DNA of 25,039 nucleotides from a virus (taxonomy: Duplodnaviria > Caudoviricetes). The stretch's first letter is position 1, and each line of letters opens with the position of its first letter. The position numbers were made by a program, and so were the translations under genes. Location: positions 1 through 25,039 of IMG/VR virus record IMGVR_UViG_3300037467_001706; one strand, written 5' to 3'. The notes beneath the pieces are model-generated. The model saw only the letters and a program-made list of their open reading frames with translations. It was not told where the DNA came from and did no database searches. Of this stretch, positions 16,701-23,797 are shown piece by piece.

Positions 16701-18258
16701 CGACCTGCGCAACGGCCGCGTCCTCAAGGCCGTCTCCGAAAACCCCGAATGGGCGGTGCCCGACTCCCAGCCGGCCCCGGAGGGCTGGGTCCATTTCTCC
16801 AACCAGAAGGCCAAGACGGGCGTCCGTCAATGGGGCCCGCTCGCGAGCCACTACGTTCACCCCGAGATCGCCCGCGACCTGGAGGGGCTGACCGAGGCCG
16901 GCAACCTCAACCAGATGCTCTCGGTGGTCCGCAAGGCCACCGGGATGGACATCTGGAAGAAGTACAAGACCGTCTTCAACCCCGCTTCCCACGCCAACCA
17001 GTTCTTCCAGAACGCGATCACGCTCGAGATGGCCGGCGGCTCGGCCTACGACCTCCCCCGGGCGGCCCAGGCCCTCAAGGCCAAGGGCCCGCTGATCCAG
17101 CGGCTCGATGATCTCGGGCTCTACGGCGACGGCCTGCGCGCCACGGAGATGCCGGGGGCCGACCCCGGGGCCATCGACTGGTCCCGGATGGTCGACGCCT
17201 CGCTCAAGGTGGCCAAGGGGCTCGACAAGCTGGCGGGCGACGCCTACCAGTTCTCCGACGACTGGGTCCGCACGGCCTACGTGATGGGCCGGATGGAGAA
17301 AGGCGTCCCCGTAGAGCAGGCCGTCAAGGAGGCCCAGGACCGCTTCTACAACGGCAACCGGGTCAACTCGGCCTTCTCGCGGATCGGCGCCGCCACGGTG
17401 CTGCCCTTCGTGAAGTCCTTCGCCTACTCCGTGGACAGGCTCCCGGAGCTGGTGGCCGCCAACCCGGCCAAGGCGACCAAGCTTCTGCTCTACGGGCTCG
17501 CGCTCTCCAAGGGCATGCAGCTCGCCGCGGGGGTGACGGACGCCCAGGAGGAGGGCCGCCAGGCCGTGCTGCCCGACTACCAGAAGGGCGTCGGCAAGAC
17601 CGTAATGCTCCCCGGCACGGACACCAAGGGCCAGAGGCTCATGCTCGACGTGGGCAACTGGAACCCCGTGGGCTCCGTGCTCGACACCACCGACCGCACG
17701 GCGCTGCCCGAGCGGGAGATCCCGGGGCTGACGGACCTGACCGGCCTCAAGGCTGGCTTGCCCTCGGCCCTGGTCCCGCTGGGTGGTCCGCTCGGGGTGG
17801 GCATCGGGCTCGCCACCAACTACGACCCCTTCTACCAGAAGGCGATCCGCACGGACACGGAGGACAACACGGCCGACTACCTCAAGCGCGGGCTCGGCCC
17901 CACGCTCGTGACCCAGCACCTCCCCAAGCTCGCCACGGCGATCAAGGGGATGGCCGAGTACGGCGGGCGCCGCTACGACGTGCCCACCGCGGCGGCCAAC
18001 GTGCTCGGCTTCAAGATACAGCCCATCGACTTCCAGGAGGCCTACGCCAAGGCCGAGTCGCGCTTCTCGCGCCAGTACGACGAGATCACCCGCAAGGGCC
18101 GCGACCTCGACCGCAAGCTCGATCAGGGCTCGATCACCGCGGACGACTACGCCAAGGCAATGGCCGACCTGGAAGGCCAGGCCAACGAACTGGAGGCCAA
18201 GTACAAGGCATGGGAGGCTAAGGCCAAGCAGGTACTCCAGAAAGCAGGCTCCCGATGA
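13792..18258 (+). CDS. Large putative ejection/internal virion protein (about 1488 aa)
   Basis: Largest gene, last of three low-complexity helical genes. Gly-zipper region. C-terminal GLATNYDPFYQKAI resembles large-polyvalent-protein C-termini. Start may be the ATG at 13801. Confidence 0.75.
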   Translation: MSEMPDQTWDEITSDPRWASLDHKMQVKARALYAKTLGQAQGKAARAAFLQEYAINTKPTQAAEASQGFAKDFGQGLAQNAKNLALGAAQSVLDEGPSGLARRASQRVADAVVDNTVGKAMGWPKSEQTRRAMGQPAHGRLIPPDAVEPGVAAVAGKLLGGAADPAYALMPAAKLAKPAASVAQAALRGALRTAPVVGAIGGATYAGNQLADQQAINPGDLALNAAISAGLGGAIGGLAGGLGAHLAKPAPAPAAPARGLAGLLPEPKAPLMLPAKTSGPVLPSDGTVIHAEPVTKPFQSYGPVHPNAIRLAERDAANKALAQQFQGYTLDDLLERNALMMNQKSAAPVYAEAQYSAPIGPEVAKPAPANPALYGPDDFKEMSDLLMKQGKAQAPAAPTEAAGGTTATPTTGTPNKPPRLAALADALEAKGQAILKESSGRLHTGIDTDVLTGHAHVLAAKMLRGYQSFVEWWHEMAQRYGEGRFSYDQLWKTYEYAQHLADPETHLNPHAPPKAFDVEGAKARAVADLEKRRAAGDPYLTAEDAAKAQAEAAHQKALEDAANHGRPYAPEGGPGGRYLTADVEGFTHSKGSVFRKATPDEVARHRRDQEHMRRLEDYDENALEERVRLPHLGDKPRVVASRPYPREDLGEPQGSTFRRLLTDETGALDLGALNGQAGRQARETLGRAAGQSLDAALSGADLAGRPLRAADQAVEGILDKTLAKPVGALARGVVKGKDALKARMRQNPVGEFFLSTDTPGEYKDMVAQVAARTAKDTEALVQEARRLEEAGVDQAKLYETVTDRAQTTPEAEAVRAKTTPISRELRDLGALTPEQFKAWEDQYLPRTYLNKNGPLGAIYRQAKATLKGSLHRGKALDLDARTVEMFNRDWRKVGETPSGQVIVRDAASGIERTVSRRNAGNYLGTWKILQAKGGGRVRAWRDWTAEERARMGEVKDVSVALRKMAQQSYRDLRNGRVLKAVSENPEWAVPDSQPAPEGWVHFSNQKAKTGVRQWGPLASHYVHPEIARDLEGLTEAGNLNQMLSVVRKATGMDIWKKYKTVFNPASHANQFFQNAITLEMAGGSAYDLPRAAQALKAKGPLIQRLDDLGLYGDGLRATEMPGADPGAIDWSRMVDASLKVAKGLDKLAGDAYQFSDDWVRTAYVMGRMEKGVPVEQAVKEAQDRFYNGNRVNSAFSRIGAATVLPFVKSFAYSVDRLPELVAANPAKATKLLLYGLALSKGMQLAAGVTDAQEEGRQAVLPDYQKGVGKTVMLPGTDTKGQRLMLDVGNWNPVGSVLDTTDRTALPEREIPGLTDLTGLKAGLPSALVPLGGPLGVGIGLATNYDPFYQKAIRTDTEDNTADYLKRGLGPTLVTQHLPKLATAIKGMAEYGGRRYDVPTAAANVLGFKIQPIDFQEAYAKAESRFSRQYDEITRKGRDLDRKLDQGSITADDYAKAMADLEGQANELEAKYKAWEAKAKQVLQKAGSR

Positions 18259-18812
18259 CCCGCCTGATCGTCTCCCTGATCCTCTCTCTCCTCGCCCCGC
18301 TCGCCCTCGTGGCCTGCGGGGCGTCTACTTCCCTGCCCGCGCCGGACCCCACCCCGAAGCCCTCTCCCTTCCCTTCCGGCTTCGCCTACCGCCTGCGCTG
18401 GGACGGCGCGCCGGGAGACTGGATGGCGGCCGTCACGGACGCGGCCTCGGCCTGGAACCTCGCGACCGAGCGGCTGTGCTTCTCCTGGGAGGCGGGCCGC
18501 CGATCCTTGTTCCTCGGCACGACGCCCGGCCAGCTGGCCATCAACGGCAAGCCCTACGACGGCTTCGCCTTCCGCGTCGAGGCGGGGCCCTACGTCCTGA
18601 TCTCGGAGGGCGTGGTCCCGGAGCACCGCCGGAACGTGCTGACCCACGAGCTGGGCCACGTACTCGGCCTCTCCCACGTCGCGGACCCCGGCGACGTGAT
18701 GCACACCCCTGTATCGGCCTCGGCCGTCATCTCCCCTGAGGACTCCCGGCGCGTCCGGCTCGCGCTGGAACCGGAGGCGTTCCGGCCGCCTCCTGTCTCC
18801 CCCACCCCCTGA
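18255..18812 (+). CDS. Lipoprotein zinc metallopeptidase, matrixin/M10-like (metzincin)
   Basis: Signal peptide with lipobox LVAC, Pro-rich linker, HELGHVLGLSH (HExxHxxGxxH) and Met-turn DVMH. ATGA overlap with the upstream gene. Confidence 0.85.
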   Translation: MTRLIVSLILSLLAPLALVACGASTSLPAPDPTPKPSPFPSGFAYRLRWDGAPGDWMAAVTDAASAWNLATERLCFSWEAGRRSLFLGTTPGQLAINGKPYDGFAFRVEAGPYVLISEGVVPEHRRNVLTHELGHVLGLSHVADPGDVMHTPVSASAVISPEDSRRVRLALEPEAFRPPPVSPTP

Positions 18813-18826
18813 CAGGAGATCCCCCG

Positions 18827-19099
18827 ATGACCCTTGAACAAATTTCCCAGTTCGTCGACAAGGTCGGCTTCCCCGTCGCGGTCCTGATCGCCCTGGGCTT
18901 CTTCCTCTACCAGTGCGGGAAGTTCCTCGCGCCCCAGGTGGAGAAGCTGGTGGCGGCCACGGCCGACAACGCCGCGGCGCTCAAGATCGCCGACGCCAAG
19001 CTCGACCTCAACCACGCCTCGCTCGAGAAGGCCCTGACCGAGATCAGGGCCCGCGTCGACCAGATCCTCGAGGTCGTCAAGCGGGAGGAGGGCCGATGA
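18827..19099 (+). CDS. Holin-like single-TM coiled-coil protein
   Basis: VGFPVAVLIALGFFLY TM helix then a coiled coil. Upstream of the endolysin. RBS AGGAG. Confidence 0.65.
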   Translation: MTLEQISQFVDKVGFPVAVLIALGFFLYQCGKFLAPQVEKLVAATADNAAALKIADAKLDLNHASLEKALTEIRARVDQILEVVKREEGR

Positions 19100-19185
19100 A
19101 GACCCGGCGTCAGAAACTCGCCCTCGCCCTCGGCGCCCTGGCTACGGCCGGGGCGCTCTTTCTCGTGAGGTTCATCGACCTATGA
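19096..19185 (+). CDS. 29-aa single-TM peptide (MKTRRQKLALALGALATAGALFLVRFIDL)
   Basis: GGAGGAGG RBS. ATGA overlaps at both ends. Basic N-terminus plus hydrophobic helix. Confidence 0.6.
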   Translation: MKTRRQKLALALGALATAGALFLVRFIDL

Positions 19186-19694
19186 CCGAGCCCCTCGGAA
19201 GACCCAAGCTGATCACCCTCCACTGGACGGCCGGCAACCACAAGCAGACGTTCCCGGAATACCACTTCTGCGTCCAGGGCGACGGCACGGTGGTGCCCAC
19301 GCTGCCCCTGGGCCAGAAGGGCGCGCACACGTGGATGCGCAACACCGGCAACATCGGCACCTCCATGTGCGCGATGGCGGCCGGACACCCGGTCACGCCC
19401 ATCCAGATCGAGCGCAACGCCAAGCTCGTCGCCGAGCTCTGCCTACGCTTCGGCCTCGACCCCCGCGGGCACGTCGAACTGCCCGAGTTGAAGCTGCGCG
19501 GGGGCACGCTGGTCGCCACAGGACGAACCATCATCGCCCCCGTCATCGCAGACCACGCCTTCTTCGCCAAGGCCGACGGTTACTACCCTGACCGCTGGGA
19601 CGTCGGCGAGAAGCACGAGGTCATCTTGAAGAAAGCCCTGTGGTACTTCGACAAGCTGACCGCCCACGCCATCCCCCTCGAGTTCATCAAGTAA
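19182..19694 (+). CDS. Endolysin, N-acetylmuramoyl-L-alanine amidase (Amidase_2-like)
   Basis: ITLHWTAG, YHFCVQGDG, AHTWMRNTGNIG and C-terminal DH...RWD candidate zinc-ligand motifs. No obvious cell-wall-binding domain. Confidence 0.85.
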   Translation: MTEPLGRPKLITLHWTAGNHKQTFPEYHFCVQGDGTVVPTLPLGQKGAHTWMRNTGNIGTSMCAMAAGHPVTPIQIERNAKLVAELCLRFGLDPRGHVELPELKLRGGTLVATGRTIIAPVIADHAFFAKADGYYPDRWDVGEKHEVILKKALWYFDKLTAHAIPLEFIK

Positions 19695-19705
19695 GGAGAA
19701 ACCCC

Positions 19706-19987
19706 GTGAACATCACCACCCTGTTCGCCATCCTCGATGCCGGCTCCCTGGTCGTGGCCGGCGTGGTCAAGCACGTCGAGAACGCGATGGGCAACGACGA
19801 CGGCCCCGCCAAGCGCGCCAGGGCCATCGCGCTCCTCAAGGAGGAGGGCTCCCAGGTCGGCGCGGCGCTCGGCATCCCCCAGGCCCTGCTGGGCTTCATG
19901 CTGAACGACGCGATCCTCGGCTACGTGGTCGACAAGGCCGTGGCCGCCGCGAACGCCGCCGGCCTGTTCACCAAGAAGGCGGCCTAG
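19706..19987 (+). CDS. Second holin-like/lysis accessory protein
   Basis: AAGGAG RBS before GTG 19706. GPAKRARAIALL and VVDKAVAAANAAGLFTKK resemble small phage holin-like proteins. Confidence 0.6.
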   Translation: MNITTLFAILDAGSLVVAGVVKHVENAMGNDDGPAKRARAIALLKEEGSQVGAALGIPQALLGFMLNDAILGYVVDKAVAAANAAGLFTKKAA

Positions 19988-19995
19988 CCAAGACG

Positions 19996-20027
19996 GAGCC
20001 GGTGTCACCCGCGGGTGACACCGGCTC
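19996..20027. repeat. Perfect 32-bp palindrome between convergent operons (likely bidirectional terminator)
   Basis: GAGCCGGTGTCACCCG|CGGGTGACACCGGCTC. Confidence 0.8.
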
Positions 20028-20029
20028 TC

Positions 20030-20380
20030 TCAGAAATCCAACAGACCCTGGTCGATGGCCTCCGACTCGGTCAGGACGCAGACCGCGTCCGACTCGGCCA
20101 GGTCCGCCACCAGCGCGAGCCGGCGCCCGCCCACCTTCACGTCGAAGAAGTGGTAGCGCCCGCCCCCAGGGCCCTGGTGCCGGTTGACGATGGCCTTGAC
20201 CTCGCGCAGGATCGCCCGGGCGGCCATGTCCCTGGCGATATTATGTTCCTCGTCCCCGACCTCAGACTCCGGCGGCTTGCACCCGCACCAGAGCGACCAG
20301 GAGAAATACGACGGCCGCCGCAGGCCCACCGACACCCCCAGCCGGGTCACGTCCTCGCGCTGAAGCCTCCCTGCCTTCAT
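20030..20380 (-). CDS. Hypothetical protein, probably SOS-regulated
   Basis: GGGAGG RBS before ATG 20380. Has its own promoter containing a LexA-type box. Confidence 0.75.
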   Translation of the reverse strand: MKAGRLQREDVTRLGVSVGLRRPSYFSWSLWCGCKPPESEVGDEEHNIARDMAARAILREVKAIVNRHQGPGGGRYHFFDVKVGGRRLALVADLAESDAVCVLTESEAIDQGLLDF

Positions 20381-20407
20381 CCGCACCTCCCATCTAATGC
20401 TTGCTCC

Positions 20408-20436
20408 AGATTAGAACACCTGTTCGATGCAGGCAA
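20408..20436 (-). promoter_or_regulatory. Sigma70-type promoter containing a LexA/SOS-type box
   Basis: Minus strand TTGCCT-N17-TAATCT. TCGAAC-AGGT-GTTCTA (20412-20427) matches the Firmicutes/Actinobacteria-type CGAAC-N4-GTTCG consensus with one mismatch. Confidence 0.75.
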
Positions 20437-20490
20437 GGGTTTTATGGTGGGCCAATGGTTAAGTTTTCGACGGCCGGCCTTGCGGGGTCA

Positions 20491-20536
20491 TCTACAGAAT
20501 GAAACCTGGTTGAGCAACCGCGCGTTAAACTGTAGA
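20491..20536. other. Putative attP site for the serine integrase
   Basis: TCTACAG-N10-GGTTG-[AG]-CAACC-N10-CTGTAGA: both inverted repeats are centred on the dinucleotide at 20513-20514. Overlaps the integrase stop. Confidence 0.75.
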
Positions 20537-22102
20537 AAGCGAACCGCCGTTGATCCACTCCTCGGTGGCGATCTGGGCCTTTCGGACGGCCAGGATGATG
20601 GTCTTGTTGTCCTTGGCCTTGCCCCGCTTCTTCAGGTAGACCTGCAGGAGCATCGCCTCGAAGAACTCCCGCAGCCCCTCCATACCCGGCTTCAGGCGAT
20701 CCAGCAGGGGCTCGATGGCCTTGATCGCCTCGCGCTGGTGGGTCCGGTCGGCCTGGGCCTCGGCCTGGCGCTGGGCCTCCTCGAGCTGGGCCTGGGCCTG
20801 GGCGCGCTCGTCGCGCAGGCGGTCGAGCTGCTCGGCGCCCTCGGCCTCCGTGATGGTCTCGAGCGCCATCAGCTTGAGGATGCCGTTCCACTGGCGGTTG
20901 ACCTCGTCCAGGCGCTTCTGGGCGAGCGAGAGCAGCCGGGCCTTGTCCTCCTCGGAGGGCGCGAGCGCAGAGGGCGCCACCGTGTGCTCGCCGCGGACGT
21001 AGCGGGGGATCTCGCGCCGCAGCCAGGCGATCACGGCGCGGTGGGCCTCCTCCATCCGGTACATCTGGCGGTCGGGGCACTCGAACTCCTTGCGGAGCGA
21101 GCGGCAGGCGTAGTAGGCCGGCAGCCGCGAGCCCGACCAGTTGCCGTGCGAGACCATCGTCTTGTGGCAGCCCGGGCAGCGCAGGATGCCCGAGAGCGGG
21201 TGCTGGTTGTAGCCGTGGCGGTGGTGCCGCGCCCGCACGGCGACGGCCTGCTGGGCGCGCTCCCAGACCTCGCGGGGCAGGATCGCGGGCAGGTCGACGG
21301 ACTCCACGAGGATCGTGTCCGTGCGCTTGGCGCCACCCTTGCGGTGCTTGCGGTAGCCCGAGAGGCCGGCGTAGGCTTCCTGCCTGAGCATCCTGGCGAT
21401 CTGGGCCTGGCTCCAGCGCAGGCCCTTGGGGGAGGGGATGCCCTGGGCGTTGAGCGCCTGGGCGATGGCGTTCTGGCCCTCGCCCTGCAGGTAGAGGTCG
21501 AAGACCCGGCGCACGACCGTGGCCTGGGCCTCGTCGACCGTGAAGACCTTCTTGCCCGTCTGGGGGTCGTGGTGGAAGGCGTAGCCGTAGGCCGGGGGCT
21601 GGCCGTAGTACTTGCCGAGCTCGACGTGGCGGAGCTTGCCCTTGCGCAGCCGGCGGGTGATGGTCTCCCACTCGTGCGCGGCGAAGAGGCCCTGCACGCG
21701 CTGGTTGAGTCGGGTCTCGGGCGTGTCGAAGTCGGGATCCGAGTAGCGCCAGATCGTCCCGGGCGTGACGATGTCCGTGCCCGCGGCGACGAAGGCCTTG
21801 CGCACCTTCTCCTGCTCGGAGGGGTCGGGGATGCGCGTCAGGCGGTCGTAGGCCACGACGTAGACCGCATCCACCTCGACGATGCGCGCCATCATCCGGT
21901 CGAAGGCGTGGCGGCCTGCGGCGTGCGCGGTCTGGGCCTCCTCGAACACTTCCACGATGCGGACGCCGTCCTCCTGGGCCATCCGGGTCAGCTCGTCGCG
22001 CTGGCGGGGGATCGAGGCCAGGGGGTCGGTGCGCGAGCCCTTGGTGGGGTCGCTCACGCGGCAGTAGAGGAACGCCTTCCGTTTCGTGGTATGCTCGCCC
22101 AT
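20525..22102 (-). CDS. int: Large serine recombinase (integrase)
   Basis: Catalytic LYCRVS, VVAYDRLTR, recombinase-domain PAYGY, zinc ribbon LSGILRCPGC...YYAC...C, coiled coil. GGGAGG RBS before ATG 22102. Confidence 0.95.
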   Translation of the reverse strand: MGEHTTKRKAFLYCRVSDPTKGSRTDPLASIPRQRDELTRMAQEDGVRIVEVFEEAQTAHAAGRHAFDRMMARIVEVDAVYVVAYDRLTRIPDPSEQEKVRKAFVAAGTDIVTPGTIWRYSDPDFDTPETRLNQRVQGLFAAHEWETITRRLRKGKLRHVELGKYYGQPPAYGYAFHHDPQTGKKVFTVDEAQATVVRRVFDLYLQGEGQNAIAQALNAQGIPSPKGLRWSQAQIARMLRQEAYAGLSGYRKHRKGGAKRTDTILVESVDLPAILPREVWERAQQAVAVRARHHRHGYNQHPLSGILRCPGCHKTMVSHGNWSGSRLPAYYACRSLRKEFECPDRQMYRMEEAHRAVIAWLRREIPRYVRGEHTVAPSALAPSEEDKARLLSLAQKRLDEVNRQWNGILKLMALETITEAEGAEQLDRLRDERAQAQAQLEEAQRQAEAQADRTHQREAIKAIEPLLDRLKPGMEGLREFFEAMLLQVYLKKRGKAKDNKTIILAVRKAQIATEEWINGGSLSTV

Positions 22103-22127
22103 GCGGAACCTCCCAGCAGGTAACGCC

Positions 22128-22184
22128 AAGCCCCGGAGCGTTCGCGCGCTGCCGGGGCCTTCGATTGTCTGTTCGATTATACCA
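22128..22184 (-). promoter_or_regulatory. Integrase promoter (extended -10), degenerate SOS-like box and leader hairpin
   Basis: Minus strand TGGTATAAT (22184-22176), then TCGAAC-AGAC-AATCGA (22176-22161), then hairpin GCCCCGG-C-AGCG-CGCGAA-CGCT-CCGGGGC. Confidence 0.6.
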
Positions 22185-22194
22185 CTCGATGGCG

Positions 22195-23127
22195 CTAAGC
22201 CCCTGGACCAAGCTCCGGCCGACGCTGGGGCGCCTGAAGAGACAGAGGCGAGACGGCGGCCATGATCTGGTCGACCTGCGCAGAGCTCAGCTGCTTCTTG
22301 GCGATTTTGCCAGTGAGGTAGGGCTGCAACTTCGAGGGGATGTAGACCTCGCGAACCCAGCGGCGGTACTCAGGCAGCGCGCCGTCGGGGTAGATCAAGG
22401 CCTCGACGTTCGCGGCACTCTGGGGATAGGTGCTGGGGTAGTTGTGGGGGAACCTCGACGGCGCACCGTGGATCTTTTCAAGCTCAGCGCTCTTCCAATG
22501 GCGGCTCCAGTGCTGCCCGAGGCTGATGTCGGGGACCGTCGTCTGGTCGGCCGGGAGGCCACCGGCGATCAGCGCCACGATAATCTCGTCCGACTCCTTG
22601 AAGATACTGAAGAAACCAGTAGGGATAACGTTGTTCAGGGCGACGCGGTCGAAGTAAGCGGAGAGGCGGTCATCGCGACCATATCCGGTCGCTTCGTAAA
22701 CGAAGGTCTGGAAGCCCTTCTGGCCCAGCAGGCGGAAGGACGCGGCGGCCTCGGCCTTGCAGTTCTGGCCGGCGTGGAACGAGTAGTACTCCAGGATGGC
22801 CATGCATACGGGGCCTGGATAGGCCAGGGACGCCCTTCCGTTGATTGTCGCCGGGAACCCAAAATAGGACCCGGAGAAGCCGTGGGCGTCAAACAGTTCC
22901 TTCAGCTTCTTGTTGCGGGCACTCTCGCCGCCGTCAGCGTATGCCGCAAACAGTTCACTGATGGTGCTCCCAGCGATACCAGCGGCACGCGCGAGGGAGC
23001 GGCCGGTCATGAAAGGGACGCCACCTTTAAAAACACCGATCTCAAGATGAGTGTCGGCAGTCTCCTTGTAGGCGACGACATCGAACAGGGGTAATTTGGA
23101 GAACTCAGAGGGGTCAAGCGAGGCCAT
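22195..23127 (-). CDS. bstA: BstA-family phage-defence (abortive infection) protein
   Basis: Collinear motifs I recall from Salmonella BTP1 BstA: G.PFMTGRSLAR, VCMAILEYYSF, IPTGFFSIFKE, TVPDISLGQHWSRHWK, PHNYP..YPQS.A, IYP..AL.EYRRW. About 310 aa, downstream of cI. GGAG RBS before ATG 23127. Confidence 0.85.
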   Translation of the reverse strand: MASLDPSEFSKLPLFDVVAYKETADTHLEIGVFKGGVPFMTGRSLARAAGIAGSTISELFAAYADGGESARNKKLKELFDAHGFSGSYFGFPATINGRASLAYPGPVCMAILEYYSFHAGQNCKAEAAASFRLLGQKGFQTFVYEATGYGRDDRLSAYFDRVALNNVIPTGFFSIFKESDEIIVALIAGGLPADQTTVPDISLGQHWSRHWKSAELEKIHGAPSRFPHNYPSTYPQSAANVEALIYPDGALPEYRRWVREVYIPSKLQPYLTGKIAKKQLSSAQVDQIMAAVSPLSLQAPQRRPELGPGA

Positions 23128-23233
23128 AAGCCATTCTCCGGGGTTTCTGGCGCTGCGCTCGCCGCTGAGGGGGTAAAATGCCGGAAAGCATGTCGCAGAG
23201 CCGGTTTGAACCGCTCGCCTCTGGCACAAGGCC

Positions 23234-23262
23234 ACTATAAACCATGAGCTTGTCTGTTACAA
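23234..23262 (-). promoter_or_regulatory. Sigma70-type promoter for bstA
   Basis: Minus strand TTGTAA-N17-TATAGT in a locally AT-rich stretch. Confidence 0.7.
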
Positions 23263-23308
23263 GACATCCCAATGTTGCAAGCATTGTTATTTGTGACGGG
23301 GTTGTGGT

Positions 23309-23488
23309 CTATCCGTCGTCCATCCCCTTCAAGAACACCTCAGGCCACTTCAGCATCAGCTCGTAGCTGGCCACGTAGTTATCCAAGTCGGTTCGCTTCC
23401 CGCACCCCTCGCACGCCAGCATCCGATCCCCCTTCGTGAAGGGGACCGGGGCGTTACAGAAGGGGCAGTCGAGAGTTGTGGGCTGCAT
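23309..23488 (-). CDS. 59-aa zinc-ribbon protein (not in ORF track)
   Basis: Translated by hand: MQPTTLDCPFCNAPVPFTKGDRMLACEGCGKRTDLDNYVASYELMLKWPEVFLKGMDDG. Two CxxC motifs. Starts 3 nt after the upstream stop. Confidence 0.7.
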   Translation of the reverse strand: MQPTTLDCPFCNAPVPFTKGDRMLACEGCGKRTDLDNYVASYELMLKWPEVFLKGMDDG

Positions 23489-23491
23489 CGC

Positions 23492-23797
23492 CTATGTAGG
23501 CACCTTCCCTGTTGCGGCTGCGAGGATAGCGCCACCGAGACCAAGGGCGCCCCAGATCAGGAACCCGTACAGAATCGCGGGTGTCCAAGCAACACCGAAG
23601 AAGTGGAACGTCACTCCTGTCATAAGTTCCGCAATTGGAACAGGCATCCCAGATAGCCCATCCATGATGACGTCGAAGGCCAGGACTACCACGCCGATCC
23701 AGAACAGCACCGATGACCCCGTCATCGAGCCAGCCAGCGCCAAGCCAGAGCCAAGGACTCCAAGGCTGCGAACAACCAGGAACGCAAGCACGCTCAA
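23492..23797 (-). CDS. Small multi-pass membrane protein
   Basis: About 3 hydrophobic segments. Start overlaps the upstream stop (TTGA); GTG 23791 is an alternative start with better RBS spacing. Confidence 0.65.
   Translation of the reverse strand: MSVLAFLVVRSLGVLGSGLALAGSMTGSSVLFWIGVVVLAFDVIMDGLSGMPVPIAELMTGVTFHFFGVAWTPAILYGFLIWGALGLGGAILAAATGKVPT

Noticed and set aside
12850-17919. 1689-aa minus-strand ORF, and similar long antisense ORFs (561-2027, 2237-4252, 4345-6117, 9995-11302, 11190-13016)
   Set aside because: Shadow frames expected from high GC3 bias. They lie opposite well-supported genes and show no motifs.
20061-20102. Direct repeat TCCGACTCGG(T/C)CAGG, two copies
   Set aside because: Within a coding region, encoding similar peptides (LAESD, LTESE). 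No array structure.
20015-23094. Plus-strand ORFs 20015-22123 and 22165-23094, and alternative-frame minus ORF 20442-22211
   Set aside because: They overlap the integrase and BstA, which have clear motifs, RBSs and promoters.
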